Source: Myxococcales bacterium LLY-WYZ-16_1
Lineage (GTDB): Bacteria > Myxococcota > Kuafuiibacteriia > Kuafuiibacteriales > Kuafuiibacteriaceae
NCBI GenBank assembly: GCA_031800475.1
Contig: DAPKRQ010000152.1
Span: 8,113-72,112, forward strand
DNA: 64,000 nucleotides
Reading direction: 5' to 3'
The first letter of the stretch is position 1; every line of letters starts with the position of its first letter. Below, in pieces: positions 19,354 through 27,064 of this stretch. The notes under the pieces were generated by a model. It saw nothing but the letters and a program-made list of their open reading frames with translations, had not been told where the DNA came from and made no database searches. The position numbers and the translations under genes are program-made.

Positions 19354-21044
19354 CGATAGGTCTGGGAAAGGGCGCTTCCCAGGGCCTCCATCTGCTCGTC
19401 GTCCACCATCAGCGGCTTGTTGAGCACCAACCGGGCGTAGGCATGGGCGGCCCGGGCCGGCTGCTCGCGCTGTCGCAAGGTCTGCCCCAAGACCAGCAGC
19501 CACTGATCCATGTCGTCGCGCCGAGACGCGACGGCGTCCGCCACATCCGAAGCCACCCGGTCCGAAAGTTGCCGCATGGTGCCTCGGCCCTGGGCGTCCT
19601 GCTCGTCCTTGGGAACCAAGCTCGAATCCACGGACACGGTCAGCTCGCCGCCCGCCACCTCGCCGCGGACGTCGCCATCGAGCGGCACCTGCACGGACCA
19701 GCGCACCTGGGCTGCGCCCTCCGCCGCCGCCGCCCGACACGACACGACCTCGAGCCGCAAAGCACCTTCCACGTGGGGTGCCCGTGGGTCGTCGTTCTTC
19801 CACGCCTTCGTCCAGCCGGGGCTCAGCACGTAGGCCCCCAGGTCATCCCGGCGCGACGTGGTCTGCTGGGCCTCGGTCCGAAGCTGCTCGGCGAAACCGG
19901 CACAGCCCTCCACCGGCTCCAGAGCGGGCACGACCAAGATCAGGTCTCGGCGCTCCTCGAGCTTTGCCTTCACCGCTTCGAGCTCGGCGCCGAGTTCCTC
20001 GTGGCCAGGCGCCGTATCGAGTCCCTTCTTCAAGTAGATGAACGCGGGACCGTACTGCCCGTTGTCCTGGTGCTCGCGGGCCGACGCGAGTCGGGCTGCC
20101 ACCACCCGGGACCGCAGGGTGCGCGCCCTTCTCTTCGCCTCCCGATGGTCTGGATCCAGGGCCAGAAGTGCCTGCACCACCCGATCTTCGGCGATGACGT
20201 CCTTCGCCTTCGACACCTGGACCAGTTCCTGCTCGAGGGCGGCGATCCGGCGCTTCCGCACCCAGTCGACGGCCCAAGCGGCCACCTGGCTCTCGGCGTC
20301 GCCCAGCACGCCGACTTTGGCGTCCTGGTAGGCAGCCTCGGCCTCCGCCGCCCGGCCTTCCGCCAAAATGCCGGAGGCTTTGGCGATCCGCTGACTCATG
20401 TCGCCTTCGACGTTCTCGAGAATCGAAAGCGCCTCGATGGCATGGGCCAGCTCGCCTTCCTCCATCTCGGCGAATCGATCTTCGATTCGGACCTTCAACT
20501 GCCGAAACCCTTTCCGGGCGTTGGCGCTTTCGGGGTCCGCCTCGTAGCCCGCCACCAGGATCCGGGCAGCGGCCCGGGGGTCGGAGGCCTCGGCCAGCTT
20601 CTCGAGGGCGTCGGCTTCGGCCTGCAGGCGCGCAGTCCGCGCCCCCTGCCGGCCGAGCTCGGCCATCTCTTCGGCCGCTTCTCCCCCCGTCACCGAACGA
20701 AAGGTCTTCTCCGCCCGGGCCAGGGCCCCCGATTCCAGGTGCTCCACCCCGGCCCGCAGCAGACTGTCGTTGCGCTCGTTCAGGTTGCTGAAGATCCGCA
20801 GAGACCGAAGGGCCTTGGCCAAAGCCGCCGGGTCGCCGGCGTCGGCCGCTGCCTTCGCTTTGGAGAGGGCCTCTTCTCGGTTGGCCGCTGTCGGCTCGGG
20901 TTTCGGCGCCGCATCCGTCGCCTGAACTTCACCGGGCGTGGCCGGTTGCTTGCCGTCTTTGGTCACCGGCCCACGGGGCTTGCCCGCACCGAACGCCAGG
21001 CCCGGCACCAGCAGCACTCCCAAAACCCACATGGTCGCTCGCAT
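19350..21044 (-). CDS. Secreted Ala/Glu-rich helical-repeat protein (TPR-like), hypothetical
   Basis: Signal peptide MRATMWVLGVLLVPGLAFGA; 564 aa dominated by A/E/R/L helical repeats; high GC3. Confidence 0.6.
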   Translation of the reverse strand: MRATMWVLGVLLVPGLAFGAGKPRGPVTKDGKQPATPGEVQATDAAPKPEPTAANREEALSKAKAAADAGDPAALAKALRSLRIFSNLNERNDSLLRAGVEHLESGALARAEKTFRSVTGGEAAEEMAELGRQGARTARLQAEADALEKLAEASDPRAAARILVAGYEADPESANARKGFRQLKVRIEDRFAEMEEGELAHAIEALSILENVEGDMSQRIAKASGILAEGRAAEAEAAYQDAKVGVLGDAESQVAAWAVDWVRKRRIAALEQELVQVSKAKDVIAEDRVVQALLALDPDHREAKRRARTLRSRVVAARLASAREHQDNGQYGPAFIYLKKGLDTAPGHEELGAELEAVKAKLEERRDLILVVPALEPVEGCAGFAEQLRTEAQQTTSRRDDLGAYVLSPGWTKAWKNDDPRAPHVEGALRLEVVSCRAAAAEGAAQVRWSVQVPLDGDVRGEVAGGELTVSVDSSLVPKDEQDAQGRGTMRQLSDRVASDVADAVASRRDDMDQWLLVLGQTLRQREQPARAAHAYARLVLNKPLMVDDEQMEALGSALSQTYR

Positions 21045-21172
21045 GGAGCCTGCATACCGAGATCGGGGCGAAGGGACCAGACCGATCCGGAGGCACGTCC
21101 GCGGTTGCGGCCCGGGGCCCGGTGCGTTCAGTTCGGGCCGTGCGTTGCCGGCCTTCCCAACGACATCGCGCG

Positions 21173-21694
21173 GTGCGGCTCGGACTGCGGGCGGCCCTGG
21201 CCCTGGCCCTGGGATTCGGATTCTTCGGCTTCGGCTGCCGGGACCCGGGGTCCGCGCCCCCCGCGCCGCCTTCGGCGTCCGAAGCGCGGACCGGCAATCG
21301 GCTGCCCGATTGGCAGGCGGGCTTTCGCTACGAGGTGGCGGTCCACGGCGACCAGCTGGTGGTCGAGTTCGAAGTGCAAGAGGGCTTTCACGTCTACACC
21401 GTGGGGGAAACGGTGGGTCGCCCGCTGAAACTCACCATCGACCCGGAGAGTCCGGTGCAGCCCGCCGGTCCGGTGGTGTACCCGAAGGGCGAGACCAAAC
21501 AGCTGTCCATCGGCCAGTCGGTCACGGTGGAAGGCGCAGGGAACTTGCGGGTTCCTTTGAAGATGCCGGCGGAGGCCAGCCAGGTGACCGGAAGGTTCCG
21601 CTACCAGGTCTGCACCGACTCCTTGTGCGACCGACCGCGAACGCGGCCCTTCCGTGTCCCGGTGAAGCCCCAGGACGCTTCCGAGGCCGGTTGA
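21173..21694 (+). CDS. DsbD N-terminal-domain-like lipoprotein (thiol:disulfide interchange protein DsbD alpha-domain family)
   Basis: Lipoprotein signal MRLGLRAALALALGFGFFGFGC. The paired Cys motif in FRYQVCTDSLCDRP resembles the DsbD_N fold. An upstream GTG at 21122 is possible. Confidence 0.55.
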   Translation: MRLGLRAALALALGFGFFGFGCRDPGSAPPAPPSASEARTGNRLPDWQAGFRYEVAVHGDQLVVEFEVQEGFHVYTVGETVGRPLKLTIDPESPVQPAGPVVYPKGETKQLSIGQSVTVEGAGNLRVPLKMPAEASQVTGRFRYQVCTDSLCDRPRTRPFRVPVKPQDASEAG

Positions 21695-21745
21695 CGGGCC
21701 CGACCCGAACCCGGGTCTCCTCGGAAGCGGTGTTCACCGCGGGGA

Positions 21746-21963
21746 GGCCGGGGCCCGGGCGCGGGGTCTCAAAACGGGTGGACGACGTAAAAGGCCCGCC
21801 GGGTCGAGTTGGTGGACGGGGCCGACCGGGGCTTTCGGTAGAGCTCGGCCGGGGCCCGGGCGCGGGATTTCAAAACGGGTGGACGACGTAAAAGGCCCGC
21901 CGGGTCGGGTTGGTGGACGGGGCCGACTGGGGCTTTCGGTAGAGCTCGGCCGGGGCCCGGGCC
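21746..21963. repeat. Tandem direct repeat: 2 full copies plus about 15 bp of a third, period 101 bp (about 97% identical)
   Basis: Copy A 21746..21846 and copy B 21847..21947 differ at 3 positions. A partial third copy starts at 21948. Each full copy carries a minus-strand TGA (TTTTGA) in the same repeat-relative position. Confidence 0.85.
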
Positions 21964-22304
21964 ACGAATTCGCGCCCGTAGGTGCCGAGCTGGTGACGGT
22001 GCGTCTCTTCGAAACCGGCCGCTGCCTCCACGAACGCGGCAGCGGTCTCGGCGGCAGAGGTGGCGGGCTCGTCGACCCCTTCGCCATCGACCGGCGCCAG
22101 GGGGCCACGCTGAGGGCCTCGGACCCGGCCGCCCTGGCCGCTCCGGGGATCGGACAGCAGCCCGCTTTCGGCCGAATGCTGCAGGCGCCGGGTCGGATCC
22201 ACCCGATTTTGGAAGGACTCCAAATCCGGTGCACCGGCGGGCGTGGGGCCGTATGCGGCCGGATGAACCAGCCCTGGCAGAACCGACTGGACGGCGCCCG
22301 ACAT
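21870..22304 (-). CDS. Hypothetical protein (144 aa); its 3' end lies inside the 101-bp tandem repeat
   Basis: High-GC3 minus frame. C-terminus ...TYGREFVARAPAELYRKPQSAPSTNPTRRAFYVVHPF is encoded across repeat copies C and B. It is in the same frame as 22383..22850, from which it is separated by two stops. Confidence 0.4.
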   Translation of the reverse strand: MSGAVQSVLPGLVHPAAYGPTPAGAPDLESFQNRVDPTRRLQHSAESGLLSDPRSGQGGRVRGPQRGPLAPVDGEGVDEPATSAAETAAAFVEAAAGFEETHRHQLGTYGREFVARAPAELYRKPQSAPSTNPTRRAFYVVHPF

Positions 22305-22382
22305 GGGGAGAGGATGCCCGATTCACGCCGGGAACCCAAGGGGTTCCCGGCGCCATCCGACGATCGTCCGATCGGGCTCGGC

Positions 22383-22850
22383 TCACAGGTCCTTCGGGCG
22401 GATCCGCTCCCACAAGCTCTGCTTGGTGCCGTGGTCCCGCACGAACTGAAGGACGAAGGTCAGGTCTGCCAGCGAAAAGGCCAGACGTTGGCCGAGCCCC
22501 AGCTCCACCAGTGTGGATGGAATGGGCCGGGATACGGCCTGGCCCACGGGCGGCTCCACCCGTCCGTCTTCGTGCTTGAATCCCGCGACCGCCCCCTCTG
22601 GCACCCGAATGCGGGCCCGGTCCCCCCGGATTTCGGCCAGGGTGAAGGGGGCCATGCCCTCGGGCAGCTCGACCCGAAGGGGGTTGTTGCGCAGGCCGCC
22701 CACCGAAATGCGGCGACGGCCCGCCGATTCGAGGCCATCCAGGTAGTCGTGACGCCAGTAGACCTGAACCTCCAAGGTGCTCCGGCCGGGTTCGGGCCGC
22801 TCGGAGGGAAAAGGCCGAGCCAACAGGGTGTCGAGGGGCCGATCGCTCAC
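22383..22850 (-). CDS. Hypothetical protein (155 aa)
   Basis: Plausible composition (MSDRPLDTLLARPF ... LADLTFVLQFVRDHGTKQSLWERIRPKDL). Its start abuts the divergent RNase Z start. No recognisable motif. Confidence 0.45.
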   Translation of the reverse strand: MSDRPLDTLLARPFPSERPEPGRSTLEVQVYWRHDYLDGLESAGRRRISVGGLRNNPLRVELPEGMAPFTLAEIRGDRARIRVPEGAVAGFKHEDGRVEPPVGQAVSRPIPSTLVELGLGQRLAFSLADLTFVLQFVRDHGTKQSLWERIRPKDL

Positions 22851-22855
22851 GATCC

Positions 22856-23722
22856 GTGTCCCCCGGGAACGAGCGTCTGGCCTTGATTCGGAGGCACCAC
22901 CGTGAACGTATCGCGGGTCTCGTGCACGAGCCCGAGCTCATCGTGTTCGGAACCTCGAGCCAAGTGCCGACCCGGTTCCGCAACCACAATGGCTACCTGC
23001 TCCGATGGGGCGGGGAAGGCTTTCTGTTCGATCCCGGTGAGAACACCAACCGGCAGATGGTCCGGGCCGGGGCCGATCCGCGCTGGGTGACGCGCATTTT
23101 GGTCACCCACTTTCACGGAGACCACTGTCTGGGCCTGGCCGGGCTGTTTCACCGGTTCTCGCTGGAGCGTCCGGACGCCCCGATCCACGTGCACTTCTCG
23201 GATGCGGGCCGCATCTTCGTGGAGCGGGCCTTGTGCGCGGCAGACTATGCCTCGGAGCTGGAAGTGGTGCTCCACCCCTTCGAAGAGCCCGGGCCGATCT
23301 TCGATGACGGGCGGTTTCGGATCGAAGCCCGGCGGTTGGCCCACTCGATCCCCACCTTCGGGTATCGGGTCTCGTGCCGGCAGACCGGAGGCACCTTCGC
23401 GTTCGTGATGGACACCAAGACCTGCCCCGGGGCGTTGGAGCTGGCCCACGAAGCGGACTTCGTGATCTGCGAGGCCACCTACACCCAACACGAAGCCCGC
23501 GAGGCCCGGGAGCGGGGGCACATGACGGCCCAGCACGCGGCGGAGCTGGCCCGAGACGCCCGGGCCAAGAAACTGATGTTGTCCCACTTTTCGCAGCGCT
23601 ATCCGAACACCCGGCAACACCTGAAAGAAGCCCAGCGGGTGTTCTCGAACGTGCAATGCGCCTCGGACCTCAAGCGCTACCGGGTGCCGCTGCCGACGCC
23701 CGAACGGGCCCGAGCCGGCTGA
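22856..23722 (+). CDS. rnz: Ribonuclease Z (short form; MBL-fold metallo-hydrolase)
   Basis: HFHGDH zinc-binding motif and an N-terminal FGTSSQVPTRFRN motif typical of RNase Z. An alternative GTG start near 22922 is possible. Confidence 0.8.
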   Translation: MSPGNERLALIRRHHRERIAGLVHEPELIVFGTSSQVPTRFRNHNGYLLRWGGEGFLFDPGENTNRQMVRAGADPRWVTRILVTHFHGDHCLGLAGLFHRFSLERPDAPIHVHFSDAGRIFVERALCAADYASELEVVLHPFEEPGPIFDDGRFRIEARRLAHSIPTFGYRVSCRQTGGTFAFVMDTKTCPGALELAHEADFVICEATYTQHEAREARERGHMTAQHAAELARDARAKKLMLSHFSQRYPNTRQHLKEAQRVFSNVQCASDLKRYRVPLPTPERARAG

Positions 23723-23808
23723 GGCCCGGGACAATCCCCAGTCCGATTGACTCGGATGCCGCACGCGGGAATCCTCGACGCGTGGCCCAGGACGGGGAGC
23801 CGAACGTG

Positions 23809-24372
23809 GAGACCGAGCGGCGCGCTGCGGCCCGGCGAGCGGTGCGGCAGTTGCTCGTCGGGGGTCTGAAGGACGCTTCCACCCATCCCCTGGTCGACGG
23901 CATGGTCCTGTCCATCGGGCGGGGCGAACATTGCGCCGTGACCATCGACGACCCGGCCATCAGCCGGGAACACCTTCGCCTCGAAACCGGCCCGCCCATC
24001 ACGATCCGGGACTTGGGCAGCGCCAACGGCACCTTGGTTCAGGGCCAGTCTCTGGAGCCCGGGCAACCCATGGAGCTGAAGCCGGGGGTCGTGGTGGAGA
24101 TCGGCGACAGCTGGCTCGTGATCAAGGGCCCCCTCGAGCCCGGCGGCCTGGGGGCCACTTTGCCGCCGGGGCAAAGCCTGCCCGGCTTTTTGGACGAGCT
24201 GGAGAAAAAGCAGATCCTCGAGGCGCTGGAGCGGTTCGGCGGCAACCAGTCCGAGGTCTCGCGGCGCCTCGGCATTCCCCGCCGAACGCTGCTCAAAAAG
24301 CTCGACGCCTACGGCGTGGCCCGCCCCCGCAAAAACCGCTTTTCGAACGAAGACACGGGTTCGGGCGAATGA
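23809..24372 (+). CDS. FHA domain protein with C-terminal Fis-type HTH (sigma-54 activator-like DNA-binding domain, no AAA+ module)
   Basis: FHA core (GRGEHCAVTIDDPAISREHLRLE ... GSANGTLVQG) plus C-terminal KKQILEALERFGGNQSEVSRRLGIPRRTLLKKL (HTH_8). GTG start; the long N-terminal extension in the track (23374) is low-complexity. Confidence 0.7.
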   Translation, partial: ETERRAAARRAVRQLLVGGLKDASTHPLVDGMVLSIGRGEHCAVTIDDPAISREHLRLETGPPITIRDLGSANGTLVQGQSLEPGQPMELKPGVVVEIGDSWLVIKGPLEPGGLGATLPPGQSLPGFLDELEKKQILEALERFGGNQSEVSRRLGIPRRTLLKKLDAYGVARPRKNRFSNEDTGSGE

Positions 24373-24518
24373 AGCAACGTCGGGTCCGCCCGTCCGCCCC
24401 CAAGAGCGCGCAGGCTGACGCATCGCGGATCGGCGCCGGGCGGGGTGCGAACGCCCTGTCGGGCCCCCGCCCCAGGCTCGCGATCCGCGGCGGGCGCCGT
24501 TTGCGGCGGGACCGCCCC

Positions 24519-25928
24519 TCAGCTCGGCGCGCCATCCTCCCGTGCCAGCCGTTCGATCAGGTCCAGCTCCGCAACCCGGCGCCCCCGGACTTCGGGCTCC
24601 GCCCGGGCCCACAGCTCTGGGTCAGGCTCGCCCGTGGTGACCACGGCGAACGAAAAGCCCCGCTCGTCGGCAGTCTTTCGCACCCAGCCCGCCTTGGCCG
24701 GTTCCGGATGCAGCTCCACGGTGCGTCCCCGCCCGCGGATTCGACCGGCCAGCTCCCAAGCCTGTCCTCGGGCTTCGAGATCCGAAAAGGCCACCAACAC
24801 GTCGGGCGCAGCGGATTGCTCCGGAAACATGCCCCGTTGCTCCATGACCACCAGCAGCCGCTCGAGGCCGAGTGAAAAGCCACAGGCCGGCACGTCTTTG
24901 CCGGAAAACATGCCGACCAGTCCGTCGTACCGGCCGCCACCGCCGAGGGAGCCCGCCAGATCGCCCACCGCGATCTCGAAAATCGCTCCGGTATAATAGC
25001 CGAGCCCACGAGCGAGCGTGGGGTCGAAACGAATTCGGCCGGAGGCTGGGCCTGCCTCGGACAGCTCGAGAATTTCGCTCAAGTCATCCAACGCGCGAGA
25101 CCCGTCCGAATCTTTCGAAAAGATATCTCGAAGCGAGCTCGGGCCGCCATCGCGCCGCACCCATTCGAACAAGCGATCTTGTGCGTCTTCGTGAACGCCG
25201 GCGCTCGACCATTCTCTTCGAACGCCCGTCTCGGAAATCTTGTCGAGCTTGTCGAGCCCGCCGATGGTCGCCCCTTCCAGGGCCGGGTCGATCCCGGCAT
25301 GCTCTATGAGGCTCTTCAACAGCTGCCGGTGGTTCGCGCGAATCCAGAAGTCCTCGAACCCCAGGCGCTTCAGACACTCGGTCACCGCGGCGCACACTTC
25401 GACCTCGGCCAGCTTCGACGCGGTGCCCACCACGTCCACGTCGCATTGGTAGAACTCGCGAAAGCGGCCTTTCCCGGGGTTGTCGGCCCGCCACACCGGC
25501 TGGATCTGAAATCTGCGATACACGCCCGGCAGCTTCGACCCGTACTGGGCGACCACCCGAGCCAAAGGGACGGTCAGGTCGTACCGCAGCCCCAGGTCGG
25601 CCAGAAGGGTCTCGACTTCGGGGGCGGTCTCACCCGAGCGTCCGGTGCGAACCACGCCGGGCCGATCCAGGGCGGCGCCTGCCTCCCGCACCCCATCCAC
25701 GAGCTGCTGGCCCCGGTTCAAGACCTTGAAGACCAACTGGTCCCCCTCTTCGCCGTACTTGCCGAGGAGTGCGTCGAGCCGCTCGAAGCTCGGAGTCTCC
25801 AAGGGTTCGAACCCATAGCCGGTGTAGACCTCGCGGATCACGTCGACCACGTGTTCCCGGCGCCGAAGGTCTTCGGCCAGAAAGTCGCGGGTGCCCTTCG
25901 GCGGCTTGGTGGAACCGGTTTTGGCCAT
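24519..25928 (-). CDS. hisS: Histidine--tRNA ligase
   Basis: Class II aaRS motifs (FKVLNRGQQ, RRFQIQPVWRADNPGKGRFREFYQCDVD, GGGRYDGL). Start at [17 protein letters not shown] (ATG 25928); the 162-aa upstream extension in the track is non-coding. Confidence 0.95.
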   Translation of the reverse strand: MAKTGSTKPPKGTRDFLAEDLRRREHVVDVIREVYTGYGFEPLETPSFERLDALLGKYGEEGDQLVFKVLNRGQQLVDGVREAGAALDRPGVVRTGRSGETAPEVETLLADLGLRYDLTVPLARVVAQYGSKLPGVYRRFQIQPVWRADNPGKGRFREFYQCDVDVVGTASKLAEVEVCAAVTECLKRLGFEDFWIRANHRQLLKSLIEHAGIDPALEGATIGGLDKLDKISETGVRREWSSAGVHEDAQDRLFEWVRRDGGPSSLRDIFSKDSDGSRALDDLSEILELSEAGPASGRIRFDPTLARGLGYYTGAIFEIAVGDLAGSLGGGGRYDGLVGMFSGKDVPACGFSLGLERLLVVMEQRGMFPEQSAAPDVLVAFSDLEARGQAWELAGRIRGRGRTVELHPEPAKAGWVRKTADERGFSFAVVTTGEPDPELWARAEPEVRGRRVAELDLIERLAREDGAPS

Positions 25929-25930
25929 GC

Positions 25931-27037
25931 TCACTGAATGATCTTGAGTCCCGTACCCGCCTTCACGCTCTGCTGCGCCGCCTGCCGGCCCAGCTCGGTG
26001 GCCAGCCGCCGCGTGAGACTCCGGAAGGCCTTGGCGCTCTCGCTGTCCGGGTTGCGCAAGATCTCCGGGGTACCCAGGTCTCCGCTTTCGCGGGTGGTCA
26101 TCTCGAGGGGGATCTCGCCCAACAACGGAAGACCCAGCTGCTTGGCGATGCGCCCGGCTCCGCCGGATGAGAAGATCGTGTGCTTGGCTCGGCAGTTTCC
26201 GCACACGAAGTAAGCCATGTTCTCCACCACTCCCAGGCACGGGATGTCGACCTTGTCGAACATGGCCTTGCCGCGGGTCACGTCGGCCAAAGCCACGTCC
26301 TGGGGCGTGGACACCAAGACCGCGCCCGAGACCTTCAGATTTTGGGCGATGGTCAGCTGCACGTCTCCGGTTCCCGGAGGCAGGTCCAAGATCAGGTAGT
26401 CGAGCTCCCCCCACTCGACGTCGCGCATGAACTGGGTGAGCGCACCGTTGAGCATGGGCCCGCGCCAGCTCATGGCCTGGTTCGGGTCCACGATGAGGCC
26501 GATGGACATGACCTTCATCTGGTGGGCGGTCAGGGGCATCAGCTTTTGGCCCACCACCTCGGGCCGGTCGGTGGCACCCAGCATGGTCGGCAAGGAGGGC
26601 CCGTAGATGTCACTGTCCAAAAGTCCGACCGAGGCCCCCGTCTCCGCCAACGCCGCCGCCACGTTGGTGGCCACGGTCGACTTTCCCACCCCGCCCTTTC
26701 CGGAAGCGAACAGCAGGATGTTCTTGGCCCCCGGGATCATCGATTGGGCGCTCCCTTGGGGACGGGCCCGTTGCACGTCGGCCCCGTGGTCGAAAACCAG
26801 CTTTCGGGTCAATCCCGCCGACTGCAGCGCGGCCTCGACCTCGGACTGCACGGCCTCCTTCGGCTCCCAGGCCGGGCTCGGCCACCGAAGCTCGAGTTTC
26901 ACCTCGGAGCCCTTCGTGGACACCCCCTGAAGGATGCCCGCATCGGCCAGGCTCCGTTCGAGCACCGGGTCTTTCACGGCGCCAGCCGCTTGTCGGATCT
27001 GCGCCTCGGAGAGGTCGTCGCTCTTCTTGCCAAACAT
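25931..27037 (-). CDS. apbC: Mrp/ApbC family iron-sulfur cluster carrier ATPase
   Basis: P-loop GKGGVGKSTVATNVA and CGNC [Fe-S] ligand motif (YFVCGNCRAKH); 368 aa. Its stop lies 3 nt upstream of the hisS start, suggesting an operon. Confidence 0.9.
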   Translation of the reverse strand: MFGKKSDDLSEAQIRQAAGAVKDPVLERSLADAGILQGVSTKGSEVKLELRWPSPAWEPKEAVQSEVEAALQSAGLTRKLVFDHGADVQRARPQGSAQSMIPGAKNILLFASGKGGVGKSTVATNVAAALAETGASVGLLDSDIYGPSLPTMLGATDRPEVVGQKLMPLTAHQMKVMSIGLIVDPNQAMSWRGPMLNGALTQFMRDVEWGELDYLILDLPPGTGDVQLTIAQNLKVSGAVLVSTPQDVALADVTRGKAMFDKVDIPCLGVVENMAYFVCGNCRAKHTIFSSGGAGRIAKQLGLPLLGEIPLEMTTRESGDLGTPEILRNPDSESAKAFRSLTRRLATELGRQAAQQSVKAGTGLKIIQ

Positions 27038-27064
27038 GACGTGATTTCAGTACGGCCCGCCTCG

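Noticed and set aside
21746-21963. Possibility that the tandem repeats here and at 52245..52351 are CRISPR arrays
   Set aside because: There are only 2-3 copies, the units are directly adjacent with no unique spacers, the unit lengths (101 and 36 bp with no spacer) do not fit, and there are no cas genes.
21734-22989. ORFs 21769..22989 (406 aa) and 21734..22339 (201 aa) ending in RRAFYVVHPF
   Set aside because: These are off-frame reads through the 101-bp repeat. Only the 21870..22304 frame has coding-like GC3. The repeated C-terminal peptide is an artefact of the duplication.
24519-26414. 631-aa ORF as a single hisS gene
   Set aside because: The N-terminal 162 aa are low-complexity. The conserved HisRS N-terminus begins at the internal ATG 25928, 3 nt downstream of the apbC stop.
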